The notes under the pieces were generated by a model. The model made no database searches. It was not told the origin of the DNA and was given only the letters and a program-made list of their open reading frames with translations. This document shows positions 59,917 to 64,000 of a DNA stretch of 64,000 bases, in pieces. The stretch comes from Pelomyxa schiedti (lineage: Eukaryota; Protista; Evosea), in assembly GCA_020536535.1 (NCBI GenBank), contig JAHLWZ010000123.1, positions 1 through 64,000 of the forward strand, written 5' to 3'. Position 1 is the first letter of the stretch; every line of letters begins with the position of its first letter. Position numbers and translations under genes: made by a program.

Positions 59917-60712
59917 AACAACCCCACCCCACAACTTCCAGTTTTCACCAGAACAATTGGAGAGAGCAATCCACAGTAATCCCAGTGAATCGGGTCCAAT
60001 ATTCCAGAGAGTGAGCCAAGAAGCCAAGGTATAACAGTATTGCAACTCAATAGAATTCATCCCAATAACGAATGTAAATTAGGTAAACTGTTTAGGGGAA
60101 CAAGTATGTTTTTAAATAAGAGCCTCACGTTGACGCACTCTGTTCAAGAAGTACTAGTGCTATCAGACAAGGATGTATCTACCACTCTCTATGTCTTCTA
60201 GGGAATAATCATATGAAGAGAATAGCAGAGTTTTACCAAACACAAGCACTAATGCAATCAATTGGACTAGAAGGCTGTGTGTATCGCGAAGTAAACTTGA
60301 TGATTTTCCAGGTGCTGCACGAGGTAAGTACAGAGCAACTACGGCACAACCAACAAAAACGAGACACGAAAACGTGATGGCCCCATAGTACAAAAACACA
60401 CACAAAAAAAAACAAAGTAGCTAGGGGGATAACCATCGAATTCGCCCTGTTGGTGTTGCCGTATTTTTTTGGTTTGATGTTTTTGCTGTATTGTTTGCGC
60501 TTAAAAAAGTCCCAATAAAAAAAATCATTTTTTTTTTTTGCAACTGAAGCAGTAGCACAAAGGGGAAACAAAAATACACGCAGGCGGTACCTTCAGGATG
60601 TCTTTTTGAGAGTTCCTCTGTGCAAACGCGTGAACAGAATTAAAATGCAACTTTTGTTTATTTATCAATTCACATGAGACCCATAAGCCGTCACCCGTGA
60701 CGCTGAGTTCTC

Positions 60713-63700
60713 TCAATCAAAGAAGGCAATCACGTCGTTGATGGATAGGGAAGGTGGGTGGCACTCAGTCCCAACACAGGTGTAGAACATTGGGGTTCCT
60801 TGGTCACTCGGGTGCATCCCGTGTGTGCTACTGTCCAATATCTCTGCCTTGCTGTTGTATCCAACATAGAGCTTTGGGTAGAACCTGCCAACCAACACAC
60901 GGGGAGGTGTTAAATGACTAGAGAGATATGCTAAGTTAACACCTTTGAAACAGGGGCTGCAACGCGTTGTTTGCTTCTTGGGCTGTATTTGCTCCAACTA
61001 TCACTCGTGCTCGAGGGCCAATCAGTGCCTTGTGAGTTGTTAAAAAAAGTGGTAGAGGTCAGGAACAACGCACATCGTAGCCGATGAGAAGTTGAGAAAA
61101 GCCAGAAGGACTCTTCAACACAAGACCGGCATATGACATTGCAAGCTCGTGAGCAAGCTTTTCAAAGGAGACATCACCTGGAGAGTTGTTGAATCTTTGG
61201 TGAGAAAAAGAGGATTTGTGCTGAGGGGGAAGCCTACCAGTAAGCTCAGAGAGATGCAAAAGAGTCAGCAACGCCATTGAATTGCCAGACGGGATAGCAC
61301 CATCAGAGACTTCTTTCTTCCTGACAAGAAATTCCTCGTGCCCAATTGAAGTGAAGAAAAGTCCACCTTTGTTTGAATCCCAGAAAAGACGCAGCATTTC
61401 CTGCACAAAGACGGGAAGATTACTGTTAGTGCTCTGCAAAGACTGCAACGGGAGGTGGTACCTGGCATATTTCTCTGCAAGAAAAAAGAGTGGAGTCGTC
61501 CAAAGTTGTTTGGTACAGTTCAGCCAGTGCCCAACCCAAAAAGGCGTAGTCATCAAGGATTCCAGTGATACCAGACTCCCCATTCTGCAGAGGAGGTTAA
61601 AAAACAAGGATTACAACGTAAGTAACCATGTATCTGTGGAACAACTTTCCGCCAGTGTACATCTTGCTGAGGAAGAAAGCAGCAGCTTTGGAGGCTATAT
61701 TAGCATAGTGACTCGAGTTGAGTGCACGGGCAGCTTTGGCAACGGCTCCGATCCACAACGCATTCCAGTCCGTGAGAATCTTGTTATCTCTGTGCGGCCG
61801 CACACGAGTGTCCCTGACTGCAAGCAACTGTTGTCGACATCTCTGCAGAATAGAGTTCAATTCCTAATTGGGATGTTAGCAGGAAAATTGATAATACAAA
61901 TTCGAGACCTTCATTGGGAGTGAAGCTCCTTTGGCAACTTTCTCGAGATGAGCATCAGAGTTAGAGTACAAGATGTTTTCTCCGTGCTCGAAATTGCCGG
62001 CCGGCTTGATATGATAACACTGCATGAAGATGTCTGCATCTTTTCCCAGCAACTCCTGGCAAAAAAAAAATGTGTTACGATGAGATAACAGGGAAAAAAT
62101 GAAATGCGGAAAGGAAACAAACCTGAATCTCATCAGCGCGCCACACATAGAATTTCCCCTCGACGCCCTCGGAGTCAGCATCCTCTGCTGAGTAGAACAC
62201 ACCCTCCGGTGATTGAAGGTAATTGGTGACATAGGTGATGATTTCTCTTGCTGTTTGGGGCTTAGTCAAGCTGAAAAGACCACTTGGAAGTTCACATAAA
62301 GAGGGACAACCCACCCGTTTCGGCGTAAAACTCATTCCCGGTCGCCTACAAAACCATTAACTTATCATGACAAGATAGCAGTCTATGTACCTGGAAAGCT
62401 TCTGTGTATGCCATCAAGGTTGTTGCCTACCAAAAAGTAAGTAGAGTAGAAATGATTGCATTGTGATGCACACCTGATCGTAAAGCATTTTCTCGAAATG
62501 AGGAACACGCCACTTGTTGTCAGTTGAGTATCGGTGAAACCCAAAACTGAATCGCCTTTTGGTAAACAAAATCGGGGCAAATATGAAAAAAGCTCACCCC
62601 AGGTGATCATAGATCCCTCCGTGCCGCATCCTTCTCAATGTCTGGTCTCAACTTAGTCTTGCTGTCATTGGGTGAAAGGGGATTACATGCTCCAGCATCT
62701 GAAGTGCTTGAGGGGATCTCTCACGTCCGTACAGCCGTAGACACAAGCATAAAGTGTGTGGCGTTGGAAACTTGGGAGCATGGCCGAACCCACCATAATG
62801 TGAGTCAAACGAAGATTTCAGGTTTGCCAACCTGAAATACATGGCATTTTAGATTTATGTGTATCAGAGAGCTCTTCCTTACGCTTTGTGTAGCGGTTCA
62901 GTGGTGACCTCTGCACTTTCTTGTAAGTCACTTTCAATCTCTCGCAAAGCGTCACAAACAGTATTGGCGTTTCCAATGAGATCATCTCTCCTAGTGTTCC
63001 ACAATGTTGAGACTTTCTCCATGAGCTCCACGAATCCCATTTGCCCGAACCTGAAAGTAGCAGATTAATACGCAGAGTTGTTGTCGTGGGAAACCTTGAA
63101 TGTGGAGGCAAATATGTCCCAGCGAAAAACGGCTTCTTGTCGGGAGTCATGATGATTGTTAATGGCCACCCACCATGCCCAGTCATGGCCTGACAAGCCC
63201 CCATGTAAACACTGTCAATATCTGGATGTTCTTCGCGGTCAACCTGTTTTCCCCAGGTGTAGTTCAAAATTAGTTGCCATGCAAAATGACTCAAAAACAC
63301 AGCAACCTTGATATTCACAAAATTGTTGTTCATCAACGTAGCAATGGAGCTATTTTCTGAACACAGTAAGGTCAGACAAACTAGAATCCCAAGAGCAAAA
63401 GAGAACAAAACTGAACTTGAGCATACCAAAAGATTCATGGGCCATGACGTGGCACCAGTGGCAAGTTGAATACCCAATGCTGAGCAAAACAGGGCAATCC
63501 CTACGACGGGCCTCCTCGAACACCTCATCGCACCACTCCCACCACCACACCGGGTTGTTCGCGTGTTGTTGCAAATAAGGGCTGCGCGATGCAGACAATT
63601 TGTTGCGGTTCTTGTTGTCGGTCGCAGTAGCGGCGGCTGTGGTTACTACTGTTGGATCTGAAGATGCAGCAGCGGAACTAGCAGCTGTCGTTGTTGCCAT
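60713..63700 (-). CDS. SPATA20/YyaL-like protein (thioredoxin-like DUF255 plus alpha/alpha-toroid domain), multi-exon
   Basis: [14 protein letters not shown]; [18 protein letters not shown]; [16 protein letters not shown]; PKFP; [10 protein letters not shown]; [19 protein letters not shown]; DNKILTDWN; DGAIPSGNS. Confidence 0.95.
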
Positions 63701-64000
63701 CTCGCGGAAATACGTACGTAAGTGAGCCCAATGCCGGTTTACACTCGTTCAATAAAAGATCCAGTAGTAATGCAACCGTGCGCGCTTACGGACGCCTGCT
63801 GCGAAGTAAAGGGTCAAAGATCTCATTTTTACCGTCTCAAAACGCGAAATCACCGAGAAATAAATTTTTAAATTGGCGGGTGCTGGGGTGCCATTTTTTT
63901 CATTTTTCTGGAAGTACTAATACCCAATGGTGGGAGAGTCACTCTGTTGTAAGAGAATTAATTCTTGACTGAGGAAGTTGATCCTGTCCTCCTTGAATAG

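Noticed and set aside
60163-60436. Small hydrophobic minus-strand ORF (possible membrane microprotein)
   Set aside because: No clear ATG or splice model and no recognisable family; it may be T-rich UTR or intergenic sequence.

Overview
Gene-dense eukaryotic (protist-like) nuclear DNA with many short GT-AG introns, very short intergenic spacers, frequent head-to-head gene pairs and GC/CpG-rich 5' gene ends. The style and a lineage-specific '(T/S)HPRCGAxSP' gene family suggest an amoebozoan such as Pelomyxa, but this is inference and unverified. The main feature is a bacterial-style multimodular NRPS on the minus strand (about 8311 to beyond position 1), with architecture T-C*-A-T-E-C(DCL)-A.... 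It carries a spliceosomal intron, has an epimerization domain, has a non-canonical first C domain and an unusual A1 pocket, and sits among housekeeping genes. Both N-gaps inside it are flanked by exact 121-nt duplications, which may mean repeated modules were collapsed in assembly. The other genes are: MYBBP1A/Pol5-like, a RING protein with 7 zinc-finger repeats, a coiled-coil protein, an ICE1-like protein, a VAMP with an atypical zero layer, PABPN1, a CCHC zinc-knuckle protein, Sin3, a GT32 glycosyltransferase, a WD40 protein, a DUSP-USP deubiquitinase, two HPRCGA-family genes plus a pseudogene, RPS17 with a long low-complexity tail, alpha-amylase, an LMBR1-like protein, a Cdc123-like ATP-grasp protein, a SWR1-type remodeler and SPATA20/YyaL. 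There is also a small array of three 53-nt palindromic repeats. Coordinates of multi-exon genes are gene spans and some ends are approximate.
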